DNA of 64,000 nt. Origin: an uncultured Chloroflexia bacterium. GTDB lineage: Bacteria; Chloroflexota; Anaerolineae; CG2-30-64-16. Under the pieces are notes generated by a model, which did not search any database, was not told the DNA's origin, and saw only the letters and a list, made by a program, of their open reading frames with translations. Positions 42,306 through 51,581 of this stretch are shown here, piece after piece. Location: contig CAWEMM010000006.1 of NCBI GenBank assembly GCA_963810095.1, positions 960,001 to 1,024,000 of the forward strand. Reading direction: 5' to 3'. The number at the start of each line of letters is the position of its first letter. The stretch's first letter is position 1. A program made the translations under genes and the position numbers.

Positions 42306-43508
42306 CTATTCAGTCTCCATCACCCGCCCCGTCTCCACCCGGTAACGCCGCGCCTGCGCCAACAGCCCCTCGCTGAAATCGCCCCAATCCGTTGCGGTCA
42401 CAAGGGCCTGGTCGACCCCGCCGAGCGCGTCCAGCAGCGCGTGGCGGCGGATTTCGTCCAGCTCGGACATCACATCGTCAAGCAGCAGGAGCGGGCTTTC
42501 GCCCGTGACCCGGCGCATCATCTCCACCTCCGCCAGCTTCAGGCTGAGCGCGGCGGTGCGCTGCTGTCCGCGCGAGCCGTACGTGCGCAGGTCGCGGCCC
42601 TCGGCGAGGAATGCGACGTCGTCGCGATGTGGCCCGAACAGCGACGTGCCCGCTGCGATTTCCCGACTGCGCGAGGTCTTCAGGCGCGCCGCCAGGAGTT
42701 CTGACATGGCGGCTGAGGTCAGGCTCTCGTATCCAGGACCCTCGAGCGGCTGGTTGGCGGCTGGCCTGGCCTCCGGGTACGCAGGGCTGGGCAGGTAGGT
42801 TAGGGTGAGCCACTCGCGCGCACCGGAAAGCTCGCGATGGCGAAGCCGGGCGATCTCGTCGAGCATCTGGACTGCGCCGGCCCGTCGTCCGAGCACCCGT
42901 CCACCATGCTCGGCCATCTGCTGATCCCAGAAGGCCAGTTGGTGGGCGTCGCCCCCCTCGTCACGCAGCCGCTTGAGCAGCGCGTTTCGCTGCGCAAGCG
43001 CCTTGTTGTAGTCTGTCAGCGCCCGGCAGTAGGCAGGATCGACCTGGCAGAGCGCGATGTCGAGATAGCGCCGGCGCTCGCCGGGCGCGCCCGAGACGAG
43101 GCTGACGTCCTCGGGGAGGAACAACACCACCCGCAGGCGGCCGATCAGATCGAGCCCGCGCTTGGCGACGCCGTTGATCCGCACCTGTTTGCGCACCACC
43201 GGGCCGACTGCGCCGCCGCCGTTGCCCAGCTCGAGCACGAGTTCCAGCCGCTCGCTCGTCGTGCCATCGCCGATTTCAGCCGTCAGGCGTGCGTAGGGCA
43301 AGGGACTTTCGAGCGCCAGCCAGCTAATCAGCTCGCGCTCGGCCACCGCCCGGGGTGACCGGGCAGTGGCGAGAAGATGGATCGATTCGAGAAGGTTGGT
43401 CTTGCCCTGCGCGTTCGCCCCCTGGAACACGCTCAGGCCGCCGGGGACGCTCAGTTCAAGGCGCGCGTAATTGCGGAAGTTGGTGAGCGAAAGGTGGTTG
43501 AGCCGCAC
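42306..43508 (-). CDS. recF: DNA replication/repair protein RecF
   Basis: NFRNY, GANAQGKTNLLE, GPHRDD, GSRGQQR, LLLDDVMSELD. Confidence 0.96.
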   Translation of the reverse strand: MRLNHLSLTNFRNYARLELSVPGGLSVFQGANAQGKTNLLESIHLLATARSPRAVAERELISWLALESPLPYARLTAEIGDGTTSERLELVLELGNGGGAVGPVVRKQVRINGVAKRGLDLIGRLRVVLFLPEDVSLVSGAPGERRRYLDIALCQVDPAYCRALTDYNKALAQRNALLKRLRDEGGDAHQLAFWDQQMAEHGGRVLGRRAGAVQMLDEIARLRHRELSGAREWLTLTYLPSPAYPEARPAANQPLEGPGYESLTSAAMSELLAARLKTSRSREIAAGTSLFGPHRDDVAFLAEGRDLRTYGSRGQQRTAALSLKLAEVEMMRRVTGESPLLLLDDVMSELDEIRRHALLDALGGVDQALVTATDWGDFSEGLLAQARRYRVETGRVMETE

Positions 43509-43518
43509 ACTCGACTAC

Positions 43519-44706
43519 TTACTTCTGCAGCTGCATGGGCATGATCACGTGGGTGAATTCCTCGGGCCCTGCACCAACCGGTCGGATCACGCCGGGACGA
43601 TCCGAACGGGTCGTCTCGAGCACGACCTGGGGCGTGTCCAGCACGTTCATGACTTCCATGAGATAGCGCACGTTGAAAGCAATCTCGACGGGCGAGCCTT
43701 CCACCAGCGCATCCAGGTCGCTCACGTTATCGCCCGCTTCCTGCGAAGTCGCCCGAATCGTCAGTTGACCGGGTTCCGCGTCGGTGCCAGGCGTGACCGT
43801 GAAGACGACGCGGTCCGACGCGTCACGGGCGAACAGCGAAGCGACCTTCAGGCTCCGCAGGAAGGCCTGCGTATCCAGCACGGTGCGCGTGACGCAGTTC
43901 TTGGGGATGATGGCGTTGTAATCGGGGAACTTGGCGTCAATGAGCTGCGAGACAAGATCGACCTGGTGGAACGCGCCGCCCTTCTCCACGTCGCCCCGAC
44001 CATAGAGGCGGAACAAGATCTGGTTGCGCGCGCCGGCCACCACGAAGTCCACCGGGCGGTCGGGATCGGCTTCCCCACCGATGCGGCTGACTTCCTGCAG
44101 CGAACGTGCAGGAATGATGACCGTCGCGTCGGCTGGCGCGGCCGCGGGCAGGATCGTGCGGCGCACCGACAGCCGGTAGCCGTCCGTGGCCGCGAGCGTC
44201 AGGCGGTCGCCCTCAAACTTCGCCAGTACGCCGGTCAGCGCGGGGCGGCTGGTGTCCTTCGCGTCGGCGGCCGCAAAAACGACCTGGTCGATGATCTGGC
44301 GGAGGGTCGCGGGCGGCAGGCCAAGCGGCTGCTCGCCATCGGCGGTTGGGATCAGCGGAAATTCGCCCGCGTCGATGCCCTTGATATTGGACTCGGAGCG
44401 ACCGCTTCGCAGGTGCACGCTCATCGTGCGGACGCTCAGCTCCATATCGATGCGGCCGGGTTGCATGGAATTGACCCAGTCGGTGAGCAGGCGGGCGGGC
44501 AGCGTAACCGCGCCGTCATCCTCGACCTGGCTGCCCAGCCAGCACGTGACCCCGACCTCCAGGTTCGTCGCCGCCAGTTTCAGCCGGTCTTCATCCGTGC
44601 TCAGCAGGATATTGCTCAAGACGGGCAGCGTGCTGCGCGAAGAAACGGCGCGGCCGACAATGGACAGACCCTTGGCGAGGTTCTCTTGCATGACGGACAG
44701 GCGCAC
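43519..44706 (-). CDS. dnaN: DNA polymerase III beta clamp
   Basis: TLPVLSNIL, ATNLE, ATDGYRLS, FPDY..IIP, IAFN..YL, IMPM. Confidence 0.96.
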   Translation of the reverse strand: MRLSVMQENLAKGLSIVGRAVSSRSTLPVLSNILLSTDEDRLKLAATNLEVGVTCWLGSQVEDDGAVTLPARLLTDWVNSMQPGRIDMELSVRTMSVHLRSGRSESNIKGIDAGEFPLIPTADGEQPLGLPPATLRQIIDQVVFAAADAKDTSRPALTGVLAKFEGDRLTLAATDGYRLSVRRTILPAAAPADATVIIPARSLQEVSRIGGEADPDRPVDFVVAGARNQILFRLYGRGDVEKGGAFHQVDLVSQLIDAKFPDYNAIIPKNCVTRTVLDTQAFLRSLKVASLFARDASDRVVFTVTPGTDAEPGQLTIRATSQEAGDNVSDLDALVEGSPVEIAFNVRYLMEVMNVLDTPQVVLETTRSDRPGVIRPVGAGPEEFTHVIMPMQLQK

Positions 44707-44831
44707 GGCGACACCTCCAGCGGTTCAGCATGGGCCGTCCCGGCTCCCAAAACCGCGACGGCCGGTCTGGTCGACAATGGGATGGCGTAGTATAGCACTA
44801 AGTAAAGATGGGCGTCAATCAGCCCGAAAGC

Positions 44832-45773
44832 TCAATCGCCGTCGATGACGTTTCTGGGGGGCTGGCCGGGTTCGGGGAGCTGCGAGACGCCTTCGGGGTG
44901 ATAGTGAACGTGAACCCGGCGCAGCAGATCGATCCGTTCGTAGAGCCGCTCCTCGACCGCACAGGCAATCGAGTCGCCCGCGGCGACGGAAAGCGAGCCG
45001 TCAATGCCCACTGTGACGTTGATGACCAGGTAGGGGCCGAAGCGGTGAGCGTAAACCTCTTCCACGCACAGCACGCCCGGCACGCCCGCCAGCACCGCTT
45101 GCACTTGTGTAGCCAGCTCGTCGCCGGGCACGGTGTCCATCAGCTCGGCCGACGCGTCCGACAGGATCGCGATCCCCGTGCGCAGGACCAGCAAGGCCAC
45201 GACCGCGCCCGCCAGCGGGTCGCCCCAGGGCAGCCCGTTCATGCTCAGGAAGATGCCCAGGGCCGCGCCAGACGCGGCAAAGATGTCGTTGCGGTGGTCC
45301 TTCGCCAGTGCGGCCACCGCAATGTTGCCGGTTGCCTTGCCGATCCGGCGCGTGTAGAGCATCAGGCCGATCTTGACGACAATGGTGAAGAGTGCGACGG
45401 CCAGCGCGATGGGGGCCGCGCCTTCCGACGTGGTTTGCCCCGACCAAAGTGAGTAAACCTTGTTGATCGCGTCCCAGAAGATCGCCACCGCGGTCGTGAT
45501 GACGAACGCGCCGACGATCAGTGCCGCGATGCTCTCGAGCTGGGTGTGACCGTAGGGATGCTCACGGTCGGCCGGCTTGCCGGCAAGCCGCATGAAGATG
45601 CGCACGACGACGTAGTAGGCAACGTCGGAGGTGGAGTTAATCCCGTCGGCCAGCAGCGCCGCGCTGTTCCCGACGATGCCAACGCTCACCTTCAGCAGCG
45701 CAAGCACGACGTTCGCCGCGAGGCCCAGGTTGACCGCACGGATGCTCAGCGCTTGCCGGTTTTGTCCTTCCAT
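44832..45773 (-). CDS. Cation diffusion facilitator (FieF-like)
   Basis: SAALLADGINSTSD, PADREHPYGH, DHRND, VHVHYHP. Confidence 0.9.
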   Translation of the reverse strand: MEGQNRQALSIRAVNLGLAANVVLALLKVSVGIVGNSAALLADGINSTSDVAYYVVVRIFMRLAGKPADREHPYGHTQLESIAALIVGAFVITTAVAIFWDAINKVYSLWSGQTTSEGAAPIALAVALFTIVVKIGLMLYTRRIGKATGNIAVAALAKDHRNDIFAASGAALGIFLSMNGLPWGDPLAGAVVALLVLRTGIAILSDASAELMDTVPGDELATQVQAVLAGVPGVLCVEEVYAHRFGPYLVINVTVGIDGSLSVAAGDSIACAVEERLYERIDLLRRVHVHYHPEGVSQLPEPGQPPRNVIDGD

Positions 45774-45854
45774 TCGGTTGCCTTCGGCGTCTATCCTTGC
45801 CTCCGAGGTCGCCCCAGCCTTCGCACTGAATTGAGACCCCGCCGGTTCCTTAAC

Positions 45855-45960
45855 TGATCTGAAACGGGACGCTGATGCAACTGATTGAACTGATTTGCAC
45901 TGTCCTTCGGGTAAAGATCATGATAATCAGTCCGATCCGTTCAATCACTGTCCTATTGCA
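45855..45960. repeat. Palindromic mini-element, family A, copy 4
   Basis: Shares TGCAACTGATTGAACTGAT and TGATAATCAGTCCGATCCGTTCAATCA with copy 3. Confidence 0.85.
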
Positions 45961-46013
45961 TCCCTCGTTGTCCAGCACTCTGTGCGCAGCGTGCCCTTTC
46001 CAGTTTGCCAAGT

Positions 46014-46988
46014 TTACTCGCACTCATGATCCTGCAACCAGCCGTTTTGCAAACCGGCCTTCTCGAACGCTTCGAGCGCAGCCTCATATTCTTCTTCGGT
46101 GATCTTGCGCCCCAGCACCGGATCGTCAAGGGTGCGATACGTCGGGAAGTACTGATCCATTACGGATACGAATACGTCGGGCGAAAGTTCCCGGCTGATC
46201 CACTGCATCACCCCCGGCGTGTCGGCCAGGCCGTCGGGCAGCACCAGGTGGCGGACGATCATGCCGCGGCGGGCGATGCCGGCCCCGTCCAGAACGAGCC
46301 GGGGGCCCACCTGGCGCAGCATCTCCTTCACCGCAAGACGGTCGTTCTCCACGTAGCGCGGGAAACCTGACAGCCGCTTTGCAACGGCGTCGTCCGTGTA
46401 CTTAATGTCGGGCAGGTAGATGTCGATCACGCCATCCAGCAGGCGCAGCGTTTCGACCCGTTCGTAACCGCTGGTGTTATAGACGAGCGGGATGCGCAGC
46501 CCCCACCCGGCCGCGACATCGACGGCCGCAAGGATATGGGCCACAAAATGCGTCGGCGTAACGAAGTTGATGTTGTGGACCCCGCGGCGTTGAAGCTCGA
46601 GCATCATGCCGGCAAAACGCTCGATCGTAACCTGGTTCCCATAGCCCATCTGGCTGATCGAGTAATTCTGGCAGAAGCGGCAGCGCCCCGTACAGCCCGA
46701 AAAGAAGATCGTGCCAGAGCCGCGCGAGCCGGAGATCGGGGGTTCTTCCCAGGGGTGGACGTTCCACGATGCAATCACCGCGTCGCCGCCGATCCGGCAG
46801 ACCCCGTGCTTACCGGCCAAACGGTCGACCTTGCACGCGTGCGGGCACAGCTCGCAGCTTGCCAGGGACGCCATTGCCCCACGGGCGCGGCGGCGCAGCT
46901 CCCCGCTGCGATGCAGCGCCAGATAGGACGGCTCCCAACCGGAGACTGTAGCTTCTGAGTTTGGATCGGTCAGGATGTTGACCGCCAT
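46014..46988 (-). CDS. PflX-like radical SAM protein
   Basis: C.LCP..C.VDR, EEPPISG..GSGTIFFSGC...C.FCQN, DIYLPD.KY, VRHLVLP. Confidence 0.88.
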   Translation of the reverse strand: MAVNILTDPNSEATVSGWEPSYLALHRSGELRRRARGAMASLASCELCPHACKVDRLAGKHGVCRIGGDAVIASWNVHPWEEPPISGSRGSGTIFFSGCTGRCRFCQNYSISQMGYGNQVTIERFAGMMLELQRRGVHNINFVTPTHFVAHILAAVDVAAGWGLRIPLVYNTSGYERVETLRLLDGVIDIYLPDIKYTDDAVAKRLSGFPRYVENDRLAVKEMLRQVGPRLVLDGAGIARRGMIVRHLVLPDGLADTPGVMQWISRELSPDVFVSVMDQYFPTYRTLDDPVLGRKITEEEYEAALEAFEKAGLQNGWLQDHECE

Positions 46989-47114
46989 GATTGCTCCTGA
47001 GCAAGTGATGCGCGCAGTGATGGGCTTGCTCAACTGCGCGCGAGCACATTGTATACATAAAAGAGTGGAGTTACAAAGCAGGCGGCTTTCGGCTGCCAGC
47101 CGGTCCCTGAAAGA

Positions 47115-48902
47115 CTAGCTCAGCTGCACGAGCGCCATCTTCAGGTACGGCTCGCTCGAGGTGGGGAAGTCGAGCGCGGGTTCGTGGTAGACGCCGGCGA
47201 CTTCGCCGGTCCGGCCGGCCGCACTGATGCCGGCCAGCACCCGCTCACGGAACGCGCGCCAGGGAAGCTCGGCCAGGTTGCTGCACGCGAGCAGCCGGCC
47301 GCCCGGGGAAACCACCGCGGCGGCCAACTCGGCCAGTTGAGCGTAGTCCTTCGCCGCGGAGAAACGGCCGGTTTTCGTCTTGGAGAAGCTGGGCGGGTCA
47401 AGAATCACGAGGTCGAAAGTGTCGCCGCGCCGGGCAAAGCGCGCCAGCCAGTCGAACACGTCGCCGAAGACAAAGTCGTGCGCGTCAGGCACAAAGCCAT
47501 TAAGGCCGTAGTTGTCCTGTCCCCACGCGAGGACGTTGCGCGACAGATCCAGGTTGAGCACCCGCGCCGCGCCGCCGGCCGTCGCCGCCACGCCAAAGCC
47601 GCACGTATAGGCGAAGGTATTCAGCACCGTCTGCCCCGCCGCCCACGCCCCCACACGGGCGCGCGTCTCGCGCATGTCCGCGAATAGGCCGCTGCTCAGG
47701 CCCGTGTCGGAGCGAATCCGATACGTCAACCCTTCTTCGCGGGCGAGGAAGCCTGAGACCTCTGAGGTTGCGTCACCTTCGGTGACGGTCGAAGCCTCGA
47801 AGGTCTGGGTGGGTTGGCGCAGGTCCGGCCCGAAGACGGGCAGGGGCGGGGCAAGCGCAGCCATCTCCTCTTCGGGCACCCGGCTGGCCTGCCTCGGGCG
47901 GTACTTGACGTACACAGTCCCGATGTTTGCCGCCTGGGCCAGCATGGCCGCGAGCCCGTCGGGAAGTGGCGCGGGTGGCAGGGCTTCATCGTCGTCGTAG
48001 ATGCTGGCAACCAACGCATCCCCATAACGGTCGACGGTCAGGCCGGGGAGGCCGTCGCCCGCCGCGTTCACCAGGCGATAGATCGTCGTCTCGGGGTCGG
48101 CGGCCAGGGGCACGCGGCGCGCCACGGCCAGGCGCACAAGCGCCCGCACGAGGTCGGGCGACTGTAACCAGGCCGGGCGGATGTGCTGCGGCGGCCGGGC
48201 CAGCAGGCTCAGGCTGGGCTCGGGCACGCCGGTCACCAGCCTGTCGAGCGGCGCGGGCAGCGGAGCGTTGAATGTGATCCGTTTGCCTGTGCCCGGGAGG
48301 GGGATGGTCAGTTCGGCCGCATGCAGGCACAGGCGCGGATAGGCGGCCGCCCTCTCGCCATAGAGCGCATCGCCGATGACCGGCAGGCCCACATGTGCCA
48401 GGTGAAGGCGAATCTGGTGGGTGCGCCCCGTCTCGGGGATCGCCTCGATGACGGCAAACGGCAGGCCCTGGCCCTTCTTGCCGATCCAGCCCCGCTCGAC
48501 GACCTGGCAGCGGGTGCGGGCCGGTTGACCCGCGGGGTCCTTGCGGGCTGCGATCCTGTACCGACCCCCGCGATCGCGGGCAATGGGCGCGTCGATGATC
48601 GACTCGTCGACCTCTGGCGCACCGAGCACTGCGGCGAAGTAGACCTTGCGCGCGGCCCGGCCCTCGAACGCTGCGGCGAGGCTCCGGTTGGCCTCGGTGC
48701 GCAGCGAGAAGAGGAGCACGCCCGACGTGTCCGCGTCGAGGCGCTGGTGCATGCCCAGGTAGGAAAGCCCCTCCTGCTTCTGGAGCGCGGCCAGCGCGTC
48801 GCCGGGATAAGGGTCGGCGGGCTCCGGCGCATGGGTCGGAATGCCGGCCGGCTTATCCACGACGATGATATCGTCGTCGCGATAGAGGATTTTGATCTTC
48901 AT
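47115..48902 (-). CDS. RluA-family pseudouridine synthase fused to RlmI/RlmK-like SAM methyltransferase
   Basis: DKPAG, QRLDADTSG, TGRTHQIR.H; then GDGLPGLTVDRY, SGLFADMR, LNTFAYTCGF, LDPPSF. Confidence 0.88.
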   Translation of the reverse strand: MKIKILYRDDDIIVVDKPAGIPTHAPEPADPYPGDALAALQKQEGLSYLGMHQRLDADTSGVLLFSLRTEANRSLAAAFEGRAARKVYFAAVLGAPEVDESIIDAPIARDRGGRYRIAARKDPAGQPARTRCQVVERGWIGKKGQGLPFAVIEAIPETGRTHQIRLHLAHVGLPVIGDALYGERAAAYPRLCLHAAELTIPLPGTGKRITFNAPLPAPLDRLVTGVPEPSLSLLARPPQHIRPAWLQSPDLVRALVRLAVARRVPLAADPETTIYRLVNAAGDGLPGLTVDRYGDALVASIYDDDEALPPAPLPDGLAAMLAQAANIGTVYVKYRPRQASRVPEEEMAALAPPLPVFGPDLRQPTQTFEASTVTEGDATSEVSGFLAREEGLTYRIRSDTGLSSGLFADMRETRARVGAWAAGQTVLNTFAYTCGFGVAATAGGAARVLNLDLSRNVLAWGQDNYGLNGFVPDAHDFVFGDVFDWLARFARRGDTFDLVILDPPSFSKTKTGRFSAAKDYAQLAELAAAVVSPGGRLLACSNLAELPWRAFRERVLAGISAAGRTGEVAGVYHEPALDFPTSSEPYLKMALVQLS

Positions 48903-48903
48903 G

Positions 48904-48998
48904 TGATCGGAATGGGACGCTGACCTAACTGATTGAGCTGATCTTCCTGATGCTCATAAAGCGGGATCAGGTGAATCAGTCCAATCAGTCCGATCTGC
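48904..48998. repeat. Palindromic mini-element, family A, copy 5
   Basis: GGGACGCTGACCTAACTGATTGAGCTGAT...ATCAGGTGAATCAGTCCAATCAGTCCGATC. Confidence 0.75.
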
Positions 48999-49004
48999 AG
49001 GCTA

Positions 49005-50309
49005 TCAGGGCGCCAGCCGCGTCAAGTCCCGCGGGAACAGGGTCGCCAGGCGGATGTTGTCCAGGCCAAGCAACTGCATGATAAAGCGCTCCGAGCCAAT
49101 GGCGAAGCCGCCGTGGGGCGGCATGCCATATTTGAACGCTTCAAAATAGGTTTCGAACGGGCTGAGGTCAGTGTAGCCGCGCGCGGCCGCGCTGTCCAGG
49201 TAGTCCTGGTACAAGTGCAAGCGCTGGCCGCCGGTGACCAGCTCGGTGCCGCGGAAGAGCAGGTCGAACGAGTTCGAGAAGCGCGGGTCGGCCGGGTTTG
49301 GGTGCGTATAGAACGGCCGCTTGCCCATCGGGTAGCCCGTGACGAACAGGAAATCGGAGCCGTACTCTTGCCGCGCCCACTCGCCCAGCCAGCGTTCGTG
49401 CTGGGGCGCCAGGTCGGGCTCCCCGCGGCAGTCCTCGCCCCACTTCTGCAGGATCAGTTCCTGGGCCTCTGGGAAGTAGATCGCCGGGAAGGTCTCGGGC
49501 GCGACGGGCAGCTTAACGTTCAGCAGCGCCAGCTCGGGCGCATAGTGCTCCTCGAGATAGCCGGTTATGCCGCGCACCACCCTGGTCAGGACGGCCATCA
49601 CGTCCCGGTGGTCGCGGATGAAGCCCAGTTCCACGTCCAGGCTGACGTACTCGTTGATGTGGCGCACGGTGTCGTGCGGCTCGGCGCGAAACACCGGCCC
49701 GACCTCAAACACCCGCTCAAACACGCCCACCATGATCTGCTTGTAGAACTGCGGGCTTTGGGCCAGATACGCCTGCCGGTCGAAATACTTGACCCCAAAC
49801 ACGTTCGCGCCGCCCTCGGTGGCCGAGGCGACCAGCTTGGGCGTCTGGATCTCGGTAAAGCCCAAGCCGGTGAGCGTGGCGCGGAAGCCGGCCATCACGC
49901 CCGCATGCAGCCGGAAGAGCGCGCGCTTCTGTGGGTGGCGCAGGCCAACTACGGCGTGGTCGAGGAAGGTGGGCAGCGTGGCCTTGATCTCGGGCTTGTT
50001 GATCGGGAAGGGCAGCGCCTCACGCACGGGCGAGAGGATTTCGAACTGCGGCCGGTGGATTTCGATGCCGCCCGGCGCTTGTGGCTCGGCGCAGACGTCA
50101 CCCTCGAGCGCGAGGACCGTTTCGGGCAGCAGCCCTTCGAGTGCCGCCAGCGCCTCGGGCGTCTCGACGACCACCTGGACGGTGCCGCGCACGTCGCGCA
50201 GCACGAGGAAGTTGATGCCGCCCATCCGGCGCAGCGCATGTAGCCAGCCCGCCAGCCGGACGCGTTCTCCGACGTGAGAACCGACCTCCGATGTGTAGAC
50301 ACGTTCCAT
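49005..50309 (-). CDS. aspS: Aspartate--tRNA(Asp/Asn) ligase, short archaeal-type non-discriminating
   Basis: 434 aa; [27 protein letters not shown]; Pro in the anticodon-binding loop (QAPGG). Confidence 0.93.
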   Translation of the reverse strand: MERVYTSEVGSHVGERVRLAGWLHALRRMGGINFLVLRDVRGTVQVVVETPEALAALEGLLPETVLALEGDVCAEPQAPGGIEIHRPQFEILSPVREALPFPINKPEIKATLPTFLDHAVVGLRHPQKRALFRLHAGVMAGFRATLTGLGFTEIQTPKLVASATEGGANVFGVKYFDRQAYLAQSPQFYKQIMVGVFERVFEVGPVFRAEPHDTVRHINEYVSLDVELGFIRDHRDVMAVLTRVVRGITGYLEEHYAPELALLNVKLPVAPETFPAIYFPEAQELILQKWGEDCRGEPDLAPQHERWLGEWARQEYGSDFLFVTGYPMGKRPFYTHPNPADPRFSNSFDLLFRGTELVTGGQRLHLYQDYLDSAAARGYTDLSPFETYFEAFKYGMPPHGGFAIGSERFIMQLLGLDNIRLATLFPRDLTRLAP

Positions 50310-50324
50310 CAGGCACCCCCGAGT

Positions 50325-50712
50325 TAAATGAAATACGCGCTCCCCCTGCGAAGTCCTTGCCTTGGGCAGGAATCTTCTCCAGGGGCGAGGCGCGTGCTCG
50401 CGGTGCCACCCTGTTTCGCCGGAACCTCACGATCCCGGCCTCACCGGTCAACCATGACCCTGCCAGGTAACGGCTGGCGCCGGCGGTGACCTACGACCCT
50501 TTTGCACCGAATTACACGAATTAGTCGGATTCTACGAATTGCCAATGCTAGCGATTTCGTGCAATTCGTGTCAGTTCGTGTAATTCGGGGCAACCTCGTC
50601 TTTCGGCCCCACAGCTCCGGAGTGTCTTTCCGGGGAAGCGCAGGCGGCGTTCACACCCTCGGCCGCTCTCTGGACTGCGTGCGAGCCCCGTACTCTCTCC
50701 ATCGTCGCTTTT
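50325..50712 (-). promoter_or_regulatory. T-box riboswitch, Asp specifier (GAC)
   Basis: Stem I with AGTA and GAGAG; specifier GAA-A-GAC-A (50626-50624); stem II S-turn; CCGTTA stem IIA/B; antiterminator AGGGTGGCACCGCG; terminator hairpin with T-rich tail. Confidence 0.9.
50502..50593. repeat. 9-bp periodic palindrome (ACGAAT family) inside T-box stem II
   Basis: CCGAATTACACGAATT...TTCGTGTCAGTTCGTGTAATTCGG. Confidence 0.8.
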
Positions 50713-50757
50713 CCTGTTCTGTATGGCTGAAGCCTACGGTTTCAGCCAAGTTGCGAG

Positions 50758-50786
50758 AGGATAGCACACGTTGGCCCCACTGTCAA
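50758..50786 (-). promoter_or_regulatory. Promoter of T-box/aspS
   Basis: TTGACA-N17-TATCCT with TG extension. Confidence 0.7.
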
Positions 50787-50808
50787 TTGCGCATTTTGCG
50801 TTTGAATA

Positions 50809-50838
50809 GAACAGACGTACAATAGCGAACACTTGTAC
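50809..50838 (+). promoter_or_regulatory. Tandem LexA-like SOS boxes
   Basis: GAAC-AGAC-GTAC (50809-50820) and GAAC-ACTT-GTAC (50827-50838), overlapping -10 TACAAT. Confidence 0.75.
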
Positions 50839-50846
50839 GAGGGAAT

Positions 50847-51581
50847 ATGCCGTCGCAGCGCCGTCGCAAGCTGGATGCCTTGGTCACCCAGCTCCAGTTC
50901 GAGCATGGACCGCGGGCCATCCGCCGGGCAGAACCGGGGGAGCGCGCGCCTACAATTGCGCGCATCCCGACCACCTTTACGGAGCTGGACGGGCTGCTCG
51001 ACGGCGGGTTGCCCCGGGGCCGGATCAGCGAAGTGACCGGGCCGGCCACTTCGGGCAAGCTGACCCTGGCGGCGAAAGCCATCGCCTCCGCGCACCATGA
51101 GCGGGATGCGGTGGCCGCCTGGATCGACACGTGGCGCACCTGCGATGCGGACTACCTGCACCGGTGCGGGGTGGACCTCAGCCGGCTGCTGGTGGCCCGG
51201 CCGGCCTCCCTGTCCGATGCGCTGGCGATGGCGCTGCACCTGGTCGAAAGCCGCTCGCTGGCCGTGCTGGTGATGGACACGCTGCCTGCGGAGCCCGGCG
51301 GCGCAGGGACGCTGGCCGGCGCGCTGTCTCGGCTGGCGGCCCTGCTGACCGAAACACAGACCGCCGCCGTGTTCCTGACCGATCCCGAGCAGTTCTCACA
51401 GGCGCTGGCCCATGCCGCAGCCGTGCGCCTGAACATCCGTCGTGAACGCTGGCTAAAGCGCGGCGGCGACGTGCGCGGTTACGAGGGCCAGGTCGAGCTG
51501 GTGAAGAACCGCCTGGGCCGCACCGGAACCGCGCGCATCCGGATCACATTTAACGGCACGGTGCGGGGGGATGGCTTATAG
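50847..51581 (+). CDS. RecA-like ImuA-type protein
   Basis: IPT.F.ELD.LL.GGLPRGRISEVTGPATSGK; GVDLSRLLV; truncated RecA fold heading the mutagenesis cassette. Confidence 0.8.
   Translation: MPSQRRRKLDALVTQLQFEHGPRAIRRAEPGERAPTIARIPTTFTELDGLLDGGLPRGRISEVTGPATSGKLTLAAKAIASAHHERDAVAAWIDTWRTCDADYLHRCGVDLSRLLVARPASLSDALAMALHLVESRSLAVLVMDTLPAEPGGAGTLAGALSRLAALLTETQTAAVFLTDPEQFSQALAHAAAVRLNIRRERWLKRGGDVRGYEGQVELVKNRLGRTGTARIRITFNGTVRGDGL

Noticed and set aside
42306-44830. Replication origin near dnaN-recF
   Set aside because: No dnaA, no DnaA-box cluster and no AT-rich unwinding element in the short upstream gap.
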